Source: Octopus vulgaris
Taxonomy: Eukaryota
Length of the DNA stretch: 64,000 nt
Assembly: GCA_951406725.2 (NCBI GenBank)
Contig: OX597817.1
Location: forward strand, 93,992,001-94,056,000
Direction of reading: 5' to 3'
Shown piece after piece: positions 26,795 through 39,657 of this stretch; the first letter of the stretch is position 1; each line of letters starts with the position of its first letter. Made by a program: the position numbers and the translations under genes. Under the pieces are notes generated by a model. The model was not told the DNA's origin. It was given only the letters and a program-made list of their open reading frames with translations, and did not search any database.

Positions 26795-27542
26795 CAGATT
26801 TCCGTCGATTTCCGTAAAAAACTTTTATTTTTTTACATAAGTAATGAGAGCGAAAGAGACTAAGAGGAAGCGATTTTACGACGAGAAGGTTTCACTTTGA
26901 AGTCGGCCTGTGTGTGTTTGATGGGGTGTGGGAGACAGACAGTATGTTGTGTAAGTGAAGTGCTTCTGTTAGTGTGTGTGAAGAGACAGAGAGAGTAATG
27001 TGTGAAAGAGAGAGATAACTGATTTTTTACTCGGTGTATGTGTATATGTATGTATGCATGTATGTGTGTGTGTGTATGTATCTATGTATGTGTGTGTGTG
27101 TAAGTATGTGTGTGTGTATGTATGTATGTATGGCCGATTCATCGTAATTTTTTACTCGGTGTATGTGTATATGTATGTCTGCATGTATGTGTGTGTGTAT
27201 GTATCTATGTGTGTGTGTGTGTAAGTATGTGTGTGTGTATGTATGTATGTGTGTGTGTGTATGTATCTATGTATGTGTGTGTGTGTATGTATGTATGTAT
27301 GGCCGATTCATATTAATTTTTTACTCGGTGTATGTGTATATGTATGTCTGTCTCTTCACACACACTAACAGAAGCACTTCACTTACACAACATACTGTCT
27401 GTCTCCCACACCCCATCAAACACACACAGGCCGACTTCAAAGTGAAACCTTCTCGTCGTAAAATCGCTTCCTCTTAGTCTCTTTCGCTCTCATTACTTAT
27501 GTAAAAAAATAAAAGTTTTTTACGGAAATCGACGGAAATCTG
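26795..27542. repeat. Foldback with 196-bp apparently identical inverted arms and a microsatellite spacer
   Basis: 26795-26990 is the reverse complement of 27347-27542. The spacer has three copies of ttttttactcggtgtatgtgtatatgtatg. Confidence 0.93.
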
Positions 27543-28361
27543 TGCTACTACAACCGAAACTATGCCTAAATCCGAGTAACGGACACATGCATAAACACAC
27601 ACACACATATATATACAACACATATTTGATACACATATATTATATACACACATGTGATTTTGTATATGTGTGTATGTGTATGCACATGTATGTATACAGA
27701 AATATATATACTTGCATACCTGCATTCGTGCCAAATCTCTTGATATAATGTATTCTCTGATAAAAATCATATACTCGTGTGTGTGTGTGTGTGTGTGCGC
27801 GCGAATGCATGTATATGTATATGCTCATGTATATGATATTCGTGTGTATATGTATTCATATAAATCTATACACACACACACACACGTATGTACATATACC
27901 TAAATCCTACATTCATACATTTTTACATGCACACTTACACACATCAATACATACACACATCCAAACATACATACATCCATACACGCATCCCTACATACTT
28001 ACACACATCCATACATATATACATACGCACATACACGTATCCAGCCATTTATCCATTTATCCGTGTATACATCCAAACTTACATACATTCATACATATAT
28101 TCATACAAACGCAGATGCATATATATGTACATACCTACAAATAATCATACTCACATCCGTCCGTACATACAAACACATACATGCGCACGCATGCACACAT
28201 ACTTACATTAATACACTCAAAACATTCAGATACGCACATATACACTTATACATAACAGAATAATGCACGTGTAAGCATGATAGAAACGGTCATACATAAA
28301 GACAAACTGATGGGCATACAAAGATACATACATACATACATACATACATACATACATACAT

Positions 28362-28394
<33 letters not shown>

Positions 28395-30300
28395 TACATA
28401 CATACATACATACATACATACATACATACATACATACATACATGCATACATACTGGCGAACAATCAGGCAAACTGACAGACAGACAGACAGACAGACAGA
28501 CAGAGTTTGAGAGGGGAAAGTAGAAAGAGGGTTTTTGTGTTTAGAGTTGGTCCTGGAAATATAATCAGCTGGGAAATAGGTTCAAATACACAGTCGGCTA
28601 TATCTGATTGTTTATTTAGCGAACCCAGAACTTTTTTCTGTTTTAGCAAAGAGTGAGTGGTGGGGGTAAGGAAGAGGGTTGTGTGTACGGGAAAGGAAAG
28701 GGGGATTGGCAGGGGGTTCAAGGAAGAGGAATTTTCGAAAGTTTTTTTTTTGTTTTTTGTTGTGCTACTTTTTCAATTATTTTTTGGCAGCAATATCAAG
28801 ATACAACTTACTGATGTTTGTCTGAACATATCTGACTAATGGATGAAGGGAAAGAAATGTGCTTCCCATCTCACGCCATCATCTCGCTACCACTACTACC
28901 ACCACCACTATCATCACTTCTACGATGACCACCATCACCACCATCACTACCAACTACCACATAACCTACTTCACCACTTATATCACTACCATCCCTAAAC
29001 ATTACCATGAACGCCATAACACAACCACCACACTCTCTTGGGTGCTTCTGTTTCGTTGCTAGATCATACTGAAAATAGCAGTCAAATCTTCCTCAAAACA
29101 CAACTTAAAATGAAAGGATACATTGGATGATATGGTCCTAGACACATTTTGTCTGAAAACTGGCTGAGAAAGTCATGGCTGGATTCGTTGATAAAAGGAC
29201 TGCGGGATCAAGTATCACGTGCGGTTACAACATGACAACAATCAGAGCCATCAATTATATCACCATCACCACCCACTTCCACCACCACAACAACAACAAC
29301 AATCACCATACTACTACCATAGTCACCACAAGCATCATTACTATCAACAAAACTATCGCGACATTAGTAGCGTTATTTTCATCGTTTCTGTTAGCATAAC
29401 AACTACAACTACACCTTATATAAACAATGATACAAACATCGACACTTATTCCCTCTCTAGAGTTTCCTTCCACTTTACTTTTTCTTTTCTTCATCCATTC
29501 TCTTTCTTTCTCGTTCTATTTTTCTGTCTTTCACCATACACATACACAGACATGCATAAATACTTATACAGAAAAACATACGTAAATATATGACGCATTT
29601 ACGCAAATACATTATCGCTAAAGTTTTTTGCAACATGAGTTTGTTAGTGTAATACTAGTTAAGAATGGTGTACGATGTAATTCTTGCAGCTTGCAAACAC
29701 ATCCAAGAATGAATATTCCTGGCGACCAACCCGAATCTTCAATCATCATTCTTGTACTTTAAAAACTCCAAACAATGTCATCAATGAAACGAGAATCAGA
29801 AACAAGCATCAACCTTGTTATATTTCACAGCGAAGGTACGAGAGAACAAATGTATATCTGTCAACAAAAGACAGTCACGAGTCAGGCTTATGAAAGACCA
29901 CATGACTAGAAGAATTTGGATATGAATGATGCGCGCATATTGCAATAATCAAGCAATATCTCGGCCATATGGAATGGTCAGACTTAAAGCTCCTGATACT
30001 GAGCTGACAGTAATAAGTAGGCAATATGGATAGGTTTCTTGAAGGGAAGTTATTAAGTTAAGGTATTGTCTAAGACAGTAGAATGGTAAGGTACAGTAGT
30101 TCCGCAGGAGATGAGAAGCCATGGCTTTGAAACTAGATCCGTAATGTCGTATTTGATTGATATTGAACTTGGAGAAATAGCACGACAGAGAGTGACAAAT
30201 TAGAGAGAGAAGCAAACGTTCTCAAACGTTCAAATCCCACGCCATGAGAAAAATACTATTAACTATTGTTTATAACCATAATGATATCTATCTATCTGTC

Positions 30301-30391
<91 letters not shown>

Positions 30392-30414
30392 TTACACACA
30401 TATGTATATACATG

Positions 30415-30448
<34 letters not shown>

Positions 30449-30477
30449 TGGATATAGACATATATGTATGCACATAC

Positions 30478-30509
<32 letters not shown>

Positions 30510-30604
30510 GATATACATGTGTGCATGTGTGCGTGCATGCGAGTATATGCGTGTATACATACATAGTACATGCATATATATGTGTATATATGTATATGTA
30601 CTGA

Positions 30605-30744
30605 CAGATAGACATATCTTGACGAAGAGCTTCGCTTGAAACGTTAAATCCTCCTTCTTTCTTTCCTTTCCTGAGCGTCCAATAACACTGTACTTGTTCC
30701 ACGCCCTCGCGTTGTTTTGTCTTTTCTTTGTTCATGTTTGAATT

Positions 30745-30750
<6 letters not shown>
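30605..30750 (+). mobile_element. PLE-type short element with a hammerhead-like motif, ending at (TA)n
   Basis: TTGACGA A GAGC TTC GCTT GAAA CG TT (30619-30645). Downstream sequence is highly similar to 51318-51445. Confidence 0.7.
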
Positions 30751-30787
<37 letters not shown>

Positions 30788-30827
30788 TACATATACATAT
30801 ATATATATATATATATATACATGTATT

Positions 30828-30909
<82 letters not shown>

Positions 30910-30910
<1 letters not shown>

Positions 30911-31410
30911 CGGGAAGCTTTATGAAAATAAACAAAAGACGAAGGCAGGTGGAATACAAACAAACAATTGTATTAGTATGGCGCTCAGGAATATAAATAA
31001 AACAAGTCTTTTACGTTTCGAGCCTACGCTCTTCAACAGAAAGATACACAGAAAAGAAACACGGAGAGAAACAAGGAGAGAAAAAAAAATGCATTCGGTA
31101 GCTATGATAAAACTTCGAGTTTCGGATGCCGGAGTGGAAATCCACGCCGCCATCTCTTCTGATGGCCGGATAACTGAAGATATAGCGGCGTGGATTTCCA
31201 CCTCGGCATCAGAAACTCGGAGTTTTATCATAGCTACCGAATGCATTTTTTTTCTCTCCTTGTTTCTCTCCGTGTTTCTTTTCTGTGTATCTTTCTGTTG
31301 AAGAGCGTAGGCTCGAAACGTAAAAGACTTGTTTTATTTATATTCCTGAGCGCCATACTAATACAATTGTTTGTTTGTATTCCACCTGCCTTCGTCTTAC
31401 CTTACATTTA
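30910..31410. mobile_element. Foldback element in (TA)n with two tandem hammerhead motifs per arm
   Basis: Arms 30936-31159 and 31176-31398. HHR1 at 31169-31229: GATAA CTGAAGA ..GTGGA TT TCCAC.. GAAA CTCGGAG TT TTATC. HHR2 at 31290-31327: TCTTT CTGTTGA A GAGC gtag GCTC GAAA CG TA AAAGA. Confidence 0.9.
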
Positions 31411-31411
31411 T

Positions 31412-31465
<54 letters not shown>

Positions 31466-31469
<4 letters not shown>

Positions 31470-31566
31470 GAGCAACCACTATGTGGTCTACTCTAGCACT
31501 AAAAATAGATCCACTGGGCTTCAGCCACTGAAGTGGTAGAGTAGACCACATAGTGGTTGCTCTCTT
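31466..31566. repeat. Mini foldback adjacent to (TA)n
   Basis: AAGAGAGCAACCACTATGTGGTCTACTCTA (31466-31495) is inverted at 31537-31566. Confidence 0.9.
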
Positions 31567-31755
31567 ATATTTATGTATAAAATGTATGAAAATCCGGGTT
31601 TTATATGCACTAAGCCACTTGGTGTTAAATGGATGTACTATTAAATTAGTATACAAATTTCTCACCCTCATTAGTTGATTATATATATATATATCTATAT
31701 ATAATATATATATACCTGTAAATGTAATATGTAATATGTGACAATTATTCGGTAC

Positions 31756-31795
<40 letters not shown>

Positions 31796-32048
31796 GACCT
31801 ATCTCGTACATGTTTGAGATAAATGCCGATTTTTTTCGGTAGTTTCTTAGTGCCTCGGCATTTATTTCAAGAATGTAGGAGATAGGTCTTTTCGAAATGA
31901 GGAGTAGATGCACAGCCGACAACTGATGAAGGGTCGTTCTTTCTGCTACTTGTCCTGTTTTCCATTTTTCTCTCGTTGTTTATGTATTTAACTCAATTGT
32001 TTTCGTACTTCATGTTGTTTACCATTGGTGACGTCTTTTACCTATATA

Positions 32049-32121
<73 letters not shown>

Positions 32122-32751
32122 TTATTATTATTTAATTGAACGCCTCGCATCCATTTCCAAGTAAGTTTATCTTTAACTTTTTGATGCGACTCTACTCTAT
32201 GCTGTTTTCTCCCCCATCTTTCACTAATTCCCTTTTTCTACCCTTCACTGTTTTCTATCTGTCTCTCTCTCTCCCCCTCTTTATCTTCTTCTCTTTCTCG
32301 TTGCTCACACGTGACCATCCCCCATCTTTCTTTTCCTTCACGACGTCCCTAAGATTGGACGTCTTCTACCTCTCTCTTTTATCTTTTCTCTTTTCAAAGA
32401 AAATATTTCTCCCAGCGTTCGCTGTTTTCCTCTCGTTCTGGTCTAACGACCCTCCATGTTAGTTTTCGTTCGGTTTCCTTGTATGTCTCCACTGTCCTGT
32501 TTTTGTTCACAACTTTGACCCTTCATAAATCCAAAATTTTATTTTGGTATTTCCGGGAGAAACTGTCTTCGAAGAATTCGTTGAATGCTCGAAATGAGGA
32601 GTAAATAGACAGCCAACAACTGAAAGAAGGATTGTCCTTGGTGTTACTTGTCCTGTTTTCCATTTTTTCTCTCGTTGTTTTCGTATTTAACTCATTTGTA
32701 TTCGTACTTCTTGTTGTTTACTGTTGGTGACATCCTGAACCCATATATGCA

Positions 32752-32817
<66 letters not shown>

Positions 32818-32819
32818 AT

Positions 32820-33000
32820 TCACAAAAAAAACCCAAAAGACGAAGACAGGTGGTGTAGACGTGTAGACAACAAATAGATGTATTAGTATAACGCTCGGGA
32901 AGTGAAACAGTCTTTAACGTTTCGAGCCTACGCTCTTCCACAGAAAGGAACACAGAAAGAAACAAGGAGAGAAAATAAAGAATGTGTAATGGCTAGCGAT
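32820..33000 (-). mobile_element. Single-arm relative of the 30910 element, with HHR2
   Basis: Minus strand: CCTTT CTGTGGA A GAGC gtag GCTC GAAA CG TT AAAGA (32948-32911). Confidence 0.75.
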
Positions 33001-33144
33001 CTTATTGGGTGTTGAATAACATAGTATTAGATATAGTTTCGGGAGTAGTGTTGGGTTACTATTGGCATACTATTGGCTGAGAATAGTATGCACAGTATCA
33101 GAGCTAATATTGCAAAGAGTGGGAGATAAAATAACATAGTAGTG

Positions 33145-33609
33145 TTGGTGGTGTTAAACCATTTCATATTGTTGGAGGTAGAATTATATAGTATAGATCA
33201 TAGTGTAGAGCCCCACATGATCCTTTGGGTTCCATATAAGATTTTGTTGTTAAAATTTATGCACAATAGATTAGTAATATTTTTACAATATACAAAATAT
33301 TTTAATATTTTTTATACAATCCTCAATAATATTGAATAATAAAAATATATGATTTTTTAAACAAGAAATCATTAGGAAGGTCTACCCAAGTAAATAGGAA
33401 TAAAAGGGCTCCATAGGTTAAAGTTATGTTCTTAAAATTTATGTGCAAGAAATTGGTCATACTTTTATACTACACAAAATATTTTTATTTGTATTTTACA
33501 ATTCCTAATAATATTTAAGTCTAAAAATATGATAGGATTTTTAAAGCAGCAAATGGCTAAAAGAAGATCCAAAGCGGGTTCCATATGTAAAAATGGTTAA
33601 GAAACACTG
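33145..33609. mobile_element. Possible hAT-type MITE remnant with an internal ~180-bp diverged duplication
   Basis: Right end GGTTAAGAAACACTG (reverse CAGTGTTTCTTAACC). 33230-33370 resembles 33410-33555. The left TIR is poorly preserved. Confidence 0.4.
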
Positions 33610-34151
33610 GTGTATAGTATAGTGACAGTAGTAGAGTTAATAGTAACGAATGCAACAGGAATGACATAGGTACTTTGATGGTGGTGGTGGAGGGGTGGGC
33701 GGCGGTAGGTGGATTTGTGGTTGTAGTGATAATAGTAACTATAAGGGTAAGGAAAATAATGGTGGTTGTGGTATGGGTGGTGATGAGGTGGGGGTTAGAA
33801 TTCCATCGTTAGGGGCTACAGTTTCACAGTCTAGGGATATTGAGCTACTTAGCGTTCGGTGATTTACTGCTTCAGCTGAAAACTGGGTGTTGAGTGTTGA
33901 CATACAGAGCTGGAACCAATTTTACTGTCGCTCTCTAAACATGTCAAATCAATTAAGAAGTCATCGGACTCTACTTCCGGCATCTATATGATGTATCAAA
34001 CTATAAATGAATTGGTGCGGTTAGGGTTTGACGAGGGTGGTGGTGGTGTAGCTGTGACAGGTGGGGGTTGCTGTGTAAAACAGTGGACGTAGTCGTGTCC
34101 CCTAAGAGACGTTCCTGCGTCAATTTTGCATATTTTTAGTATTGATTTGGC

Positions 34152-34207
<56 letters not shown>

Positions 34208-34829
34208 CTGCAGCAGCTGCAGGAGCAACAACGGTGGTGATAATGGTGGTAATAGAAGTGACGGTGGTGTTACTAACTGGTGAAGCTAGTTTGAGACAGA
34301 AAGAGAGAGAGGAGTCAGAGATAGAGCGCAGGGTCATAGAACGATTATATCCATACCCACCCTTGCGAGAGGTTACACGAGCACACACACACAGATGCGA
34401 ATAGACATACATGCATATATACATGTGGTGGGCGGGTGTATATATGCGCGTGTGATTGCATAGGAACATATGTGCGTTTATGTGTGTGCCACAATGAATT
34501 GAATTTTCCTGTTTGGAAAAAAAATTAATCTTTGTTATCAGACAAATCTTATTAGCCCTGGTCAACGAAGCAAAATATTGTCTAGACTTCTTTAATCAGT
34601 GGATAGGCAATTAAGTGTAAAAAGAAGTCAAGTTACACACACACACACACACACATGTCGTAGTTTCTCCTGTCGTAAACAACAGATGAAGGTTCCATAA
34701 TTTCTTGATCCACAAATTCTTGCTCCTCACTTTCTTGTTCCACAATTTGTAGTGATCAAATACTTGTATTGTTCATTAGCACCCTCAATGAAAATCCATA
34801 TTACTAGTACAGATGCACGGCGTGCCAAA

Positions 34830-35000
34830 CGTCAGATTTTAAAGTGGTTGCAAAGCAACGTGAAATGAAATATTTTGCCCGCGAACACAACGCACCGCCG
34901 GGTCCGGGAATCGAAATAACGTTCTTTCGATCGTGAGTTCGACACCCTATAGCACTCTAACCAATAGGCCACTCACCTTCACGCGTGGCCTACTGGCTAG
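34830..35000 (-). mobile_element. tRNA-derived SINE head
   Basis: ccgggaatcgaa (reverse B box) and ccaataggccac (reverse A-box region); related to 5140-5410. Confidence 0.6.
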
Positions 35001-35074
35001 TATACATACATATATACATACATACCCACATCATAAGCAGTTTCCCGAAAATGTCATCACGGTATTATCTACCG

Positions 35075-35445
35075 ATGAGACATGATGTTGTAGCTAGGAC
35101 ACTCTATAATGAAATCCTTCAGAAGGATAACCCCGAGGACAAGGAAATAAGACCTCAATAAAATGTAAGCACAACAGGCCTGATATAATGATCTGGGATA
35201 AGATGAGAAACTTACTGGGGCCGTGGGATATGTAACACACTGCTTAAATACCAATCTTGAGAAATAAGCTTCTCAAAATCAGAAAAGAGAAAGCTAATTC
35301 GAAGACAACAGATCCAATACATAACTGGAATTGTAAAAATCTGTAAAGCTTTCCAGTAATAAAACCGATCTGAAGCACGGAGCTTCATCAGAGTGAAGAA
35401 TAAATAAAGATAATGAAGGCCATGTTTCAGATCGGTTTTATTACC
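35075..35445 (+). mobile_element. REL-LINE 3' fragment followed by a long hairpin
   Basis: RHDVVARTLYNEI, HNRPDIMIWDK, TGIVKICKAFQ*. Inverted repeat 35356-35374 / 35426-35444. Confidence 0.7.
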
Positions 35446-35587
35446 AAATATTATAAATATTTTAGCATATTAATGGCAATACCATACAACATTGGAAGCA
35501 GAAACAGCTGTTAGATGAGATGCAGTCTGTTTGAATTAATAAATAATAATTGATGTAAGTCAATTGTTGTTCTCTATTTTCTATCTT

Positions 35588-35667
<80 letters not shown>

Positions 35668-35671
<4 letters not shown>

Positions 35672-37427
35672 CACACGATTATGGTATAGAAGCAATTACC
35701 TTCTGGCTAGAAAAATACCCAGAAGAGATCCCAGGACGCATCAACCACAGAGTCATAATCGCGGCACTTAAATTCATCCTACTGAGCAACTATTTCATGT
35801 TCGATACAATTTACTATTGACAAAAATGTGGAATTGCAATGAGAACCCGAGCTGCTCCAGTGATTGCGAACCTTGTAATGGGTTACCTAGAACTTAACAT
35901 ATACTAATCATTACTACAAAAATATGGCACCTCATGTTATTGCCATTTAAAGGAGAACTGGAATAGGTATTTAGATGATTGCTTTATATTTTGGAAAGAT
36001 AGCATGGACAAACTCCTAGATTTCAAAATAATGCTCAACAATATCAATAGCAACATACAATTCACCACGGAACACAGCAACAAACAACTGACATCCTAAT
36101 TAAAATAGTCAATAACCACATCGAAACAGACATCTTCTATAAACACAGATTCAAAACAATACCTATAATTCAACTCATTCCTCCCCAAACACATAAAAAT
36201 CAATATACCTTATAATCTAGCGAAAAGAATCTGTGCCATAGTTTTAGACACCAATACTCGTGAACGAAGACTCCTTGAACTCAGATCAATACTAATCAAG
36301 AGACATTACCCAACATCATTAATAAATAATGGGATGAGACGAGCAAAGGAAATTGATATACGAACATTAAGGGAAATTAACGAAATACAACACCAGACTT
36401 AAAAATGCTCCCATACATCTCCACACATAACCCTAGAAATAATAAAGCCTTCAGCATTATCATCCAAAATCTACCCATTCTCACAGAAGATAAAATAATG
36501 AACAAAATTTTAGGCTCACACAAAATTATCAAGAGTAAAATGCAACCGAAATCATTGAAAATAATATTAACCAACGCAAGACTATATCCATTAACAACGG
36601 AACCAAAAGTGAAAAAATGCAGTCGGCCTAACTGTGGCTCATGCCCCCACCAATTGGAGGGTATAGAGTTCCACAAGGTGAAATATTTAAGATCAAATCA
36701 GATTTCTCATGTGCCTTGGAAAACCTAATCTATGCCATTAACTGCCTAGAGTGCGGTAATCAATATATTGGCCAAACAGAAATATTACTCCGTCCAAGAA
36801 CCACTCTTCACAAAGAACAAATCCGTCACCCACAATGCATATATATACAGGTCAGTGAACACATAGAAAGGTGTGCTAGGAACCTTAATCTTAACTTCCT
36901 AATTTTCCCCTTCTATCAATGTTCACAGAACACCCCAGTACAGCAAAGAATGAATACAGAAGCAACAAATTCCATCCACAACTTAACATGAACACATAAC
37001 ATAATACAGAACACTACTAACCTTACCAATAATACCACTAACTCCCATACATCCCATATACCATTCATATTACAGTATTATATCTACCCCAACTGCACCA
37101 CATCCAGAACTTCTTACCTCCCCTATACATAATCGTTTTACTCAGGAACTAGTAGAACCAGCACCGTTTGGTAATCGGTGCGCATTCAAAGCCAGTGAAC
37201 AGTAATTGACGAAACCGGTATGATTTTGAATTCCTTTAATAATTCATAATAATGACTTTTATTCCTCTTAATTCTACCTCAGTTCATCTAATTGTGTATA
37301 TTTATTGTTACTTTTCATTAAAGAAAGCCTTTTTTTTATATCCAATGTACATTTTCGCTTATTTTCTTCTTAATTTCTCCATACCTTTTCCACGTGTAGA
37401 TTCTATTTTCTTTTTAAAACATATTTC

Positions 37428-37430
<3 letters not shown>
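35668..37430 (+). mobile_element. 5'-truncated Penelope-like element (RT plus GIY-YIG; Cys-rich linker suggests Neptune type) between two (TA)n tracts
   Basis: NYFMFD..Y.QKCGIAMRTRAAPVIANLVMGYLE, RYLDDCFIFW, CSRPNCGSCP, NLIYAINCLECGNQYIGQT..LRPR...H. Frameshifted. Confidence 0.92.
37184..37231 (+). ncRNA. Minimal type-I hammerhead, G3-C8 variant, in the Penelope 3' region
   Basis: ATTCAAAGCCA GTGAACA GT AATTG AC GAAA CCGG TA TGATTTTGAAT: 11-position stem I with one mismatch and one G-U, palindromic stem III, GUA cleavage site. Confidence 0.75.
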
Positions 37431-37507
<77 letters not shown>

Positions 37508-37789
37508 TGGCTAAGGAAACACATTTACTGTATAGTGTACACTATAATTAGTCTTGCACATTTTTCATCAAGAAATGTTTATATTGTGAGTTATTTGAGG
37601 CTCTGAAATAACCACAGCGTTAAATTTAACCTCAATCTAACATCTGATACAGGATATAAAGAAAATATCCGTAATCTTATCTTGTTGCAAGCCTTGAAGC
37701 AAGGATGTTGGATAAACATATACTGGTTACGTAGATAATACTGTTAGGCTGAAGATCTCTTCGACCACTTTGGCATTCTACTACGTTCT

Positions 37790-37975
37790 CATACCAGCTC
37801 AATTGTCTTGTTCTTATCTTACCACTGGGTATATCTTGAGAGAGCGTGAGAGCAAGATTGATGTGCACGCAGCTATCGTTAAATTTGAATCACTTAACAA
37901 ATATTTCTTGCACTAGTCTTTCTACGGTCGTGCTCCAGCATGACTGGAGCCATATGGTTGAAACGAATAAAAGAG
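37790..37975 (+). mobile_element. Diverged SINE-like 3' part
   Basis: Tail gtgctccagcatgac....tggttgaaacgaataaaagag. Confidence 0.5.
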
Positions 37976-38199
37976 TAGTCTGGCGTGTTCCTATTACTCT
38001 ACCCTTGTTTCTCTTCCTCACTTTTTTCCATTCTCCACAGCCTTGACAAATTCCTACGCCGATGCGGGCGTGCAGTCACAGTAGACCTGCATAGACTAGA
38101 AGCTGTTATTTCAAACCTATACATTTTGACCATCTCCCTGTCAAGGTGAGGGGAACTCAGGATTCAATAACACCCAATGTAACTGAGCAGCTTCCCTAA

Positions 38200-39420
38200 G
38201 GACAGTATTGCTTACCTATATGAGGAAGAGATTAGAAAAGGTGTCCAAAGGAAGAAGCGATAAAATCATGTTTCCGAGAGCTCAACTGGAAAAGTAAAAG
38301 AAATAAACCACTTTTGTCGCTGATTATGCTACCTCTCTGGCCTGTTCAGATCAAACTAAGGATAAGTTTTACTGTGACCTTAAACATGGAGTGTAAAAGT
38401 AAAATTCTTAGCTGGCGCCTGGAAGGGGAAACTGTCCTGTCAGCTAATACGCTGTGGGTGTCGCTGGATGACGGACTCTGGCAAAACGTTGTCCAGTAGT
38501 ATCCATACAGTTTCTTGCCTGGTTTCTCCGATTTCCTGGTTCTGGCTACCTCGGCAGAGAAACCACCCTCCTACATTTGCAACTGGGTTTAAGACAGTCC
38601 TTGACGGAATTAAACATGGGAGTGGGCTCTTGAAACAGTAATTGTTCCACGTTTTAAGGAAATGTGGTGAACACAAATTCTTTATCATCAACACACACTT
38701 TCACCTTCTGTTATGATACAGAATCTAGCTCTAAGCACTGACATCTTCTGAGTAACCTAATAGTGAAAAAGCGCGATCTTATGTTGTGTGGATAATTTTT
38801 AATATCTTGGAAGTACACTGTCCTTAAATATCCGCATCTATACCGAGTATTATCATGTATCGGTAAGCTAAGTACGGATTTTGGAAAATAACAGCAGAGA
38901 GTATGTGACAGCTCAGATATTCTAATTAGACACCAAAATTTGAGCTTACGATACTATCATCATCACAATGCCTCTCTGTTGTGCAGAAATTTCGACAGTA
39001 GGTCTATCCCATGTTCATCATTTAATCATTTCCACATGTATCATTTAAGAAAATTTTAAACATAAAGTGGCATGATAAAGCTGGTAGGTGTACCAATACA
39101 CCAAGTATGTTTGCTAAGCTTTTGTAAATCCAGTTGCGTTTGGCTGAACATGTTGTCTAGTCTATTCTGAGTTTGCGAATGAAAGCCGAAGTGTCGGTGC
39201 ATCACACAAAAGACTCAAAAATACAGTGAAAGCAACCTTGAAAGACTTCAAGATCAACATCAACTCAAAGGATTGATCTTTTCGAGAGAAATTTTATGGA
39301 AAGAGACGAGCATGAAGGCTCAAAGGTTTATGAACCTTTATAAATCTCTGATGAAGTAACTCAAAAGGGAGGCTCACTTACGGCACCGTAACGACAGCGG
39401 TAGAATTCGACATCGGCGTT
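38200..39420 (+). mobile_element. Highly degenerate, internally deleted RTE(BovB)-like LINE
   Basis: Endonuclease-like KHGSG..LRKCGEHKFFIINTHFHL (~38610-38710). C-terminal QLRLAEHVV (~39131) and KRLKNTVKATLKDFKINI (~39208). Confidence 0.55.
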
Positions 39421-39618
39421 GCTGGAAGAAATATAAATAGACATTACATTTTTGTTTGTTTCCTTCTTTCCTCCTCTTCTCATTAATTAACTCTTCTTCT
39501 TAATTTCTTAATTAATTTATATATTTATTATGCAGATGCATGGTCACCGCCAGGTGAAACTGTCAGAACTAAAGCTGAATATATATATATATACACACAT
39601 ATGTATGTAGGTACGTAT

Positions 39619-39657
<39 letters not shown>

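Noticed and set aside
30920-31465. Mirror-image ORFs on both strands with similar peptides
   Set aside because: A by-product of the DNA palindrome; no protein motif.
31915-31960. CTGATGAAGGG (and CTGAAGAAGGG at 4260) as hammerhead cores
   Set aside because: No stem II followed by GAAA downstream.
35385-35430. CTGATGA and GAAA on the minus strand as a hammerhead
   Set aside because: Both motifs are buried in a single long hairpin and the three-stem junction cannot be built.
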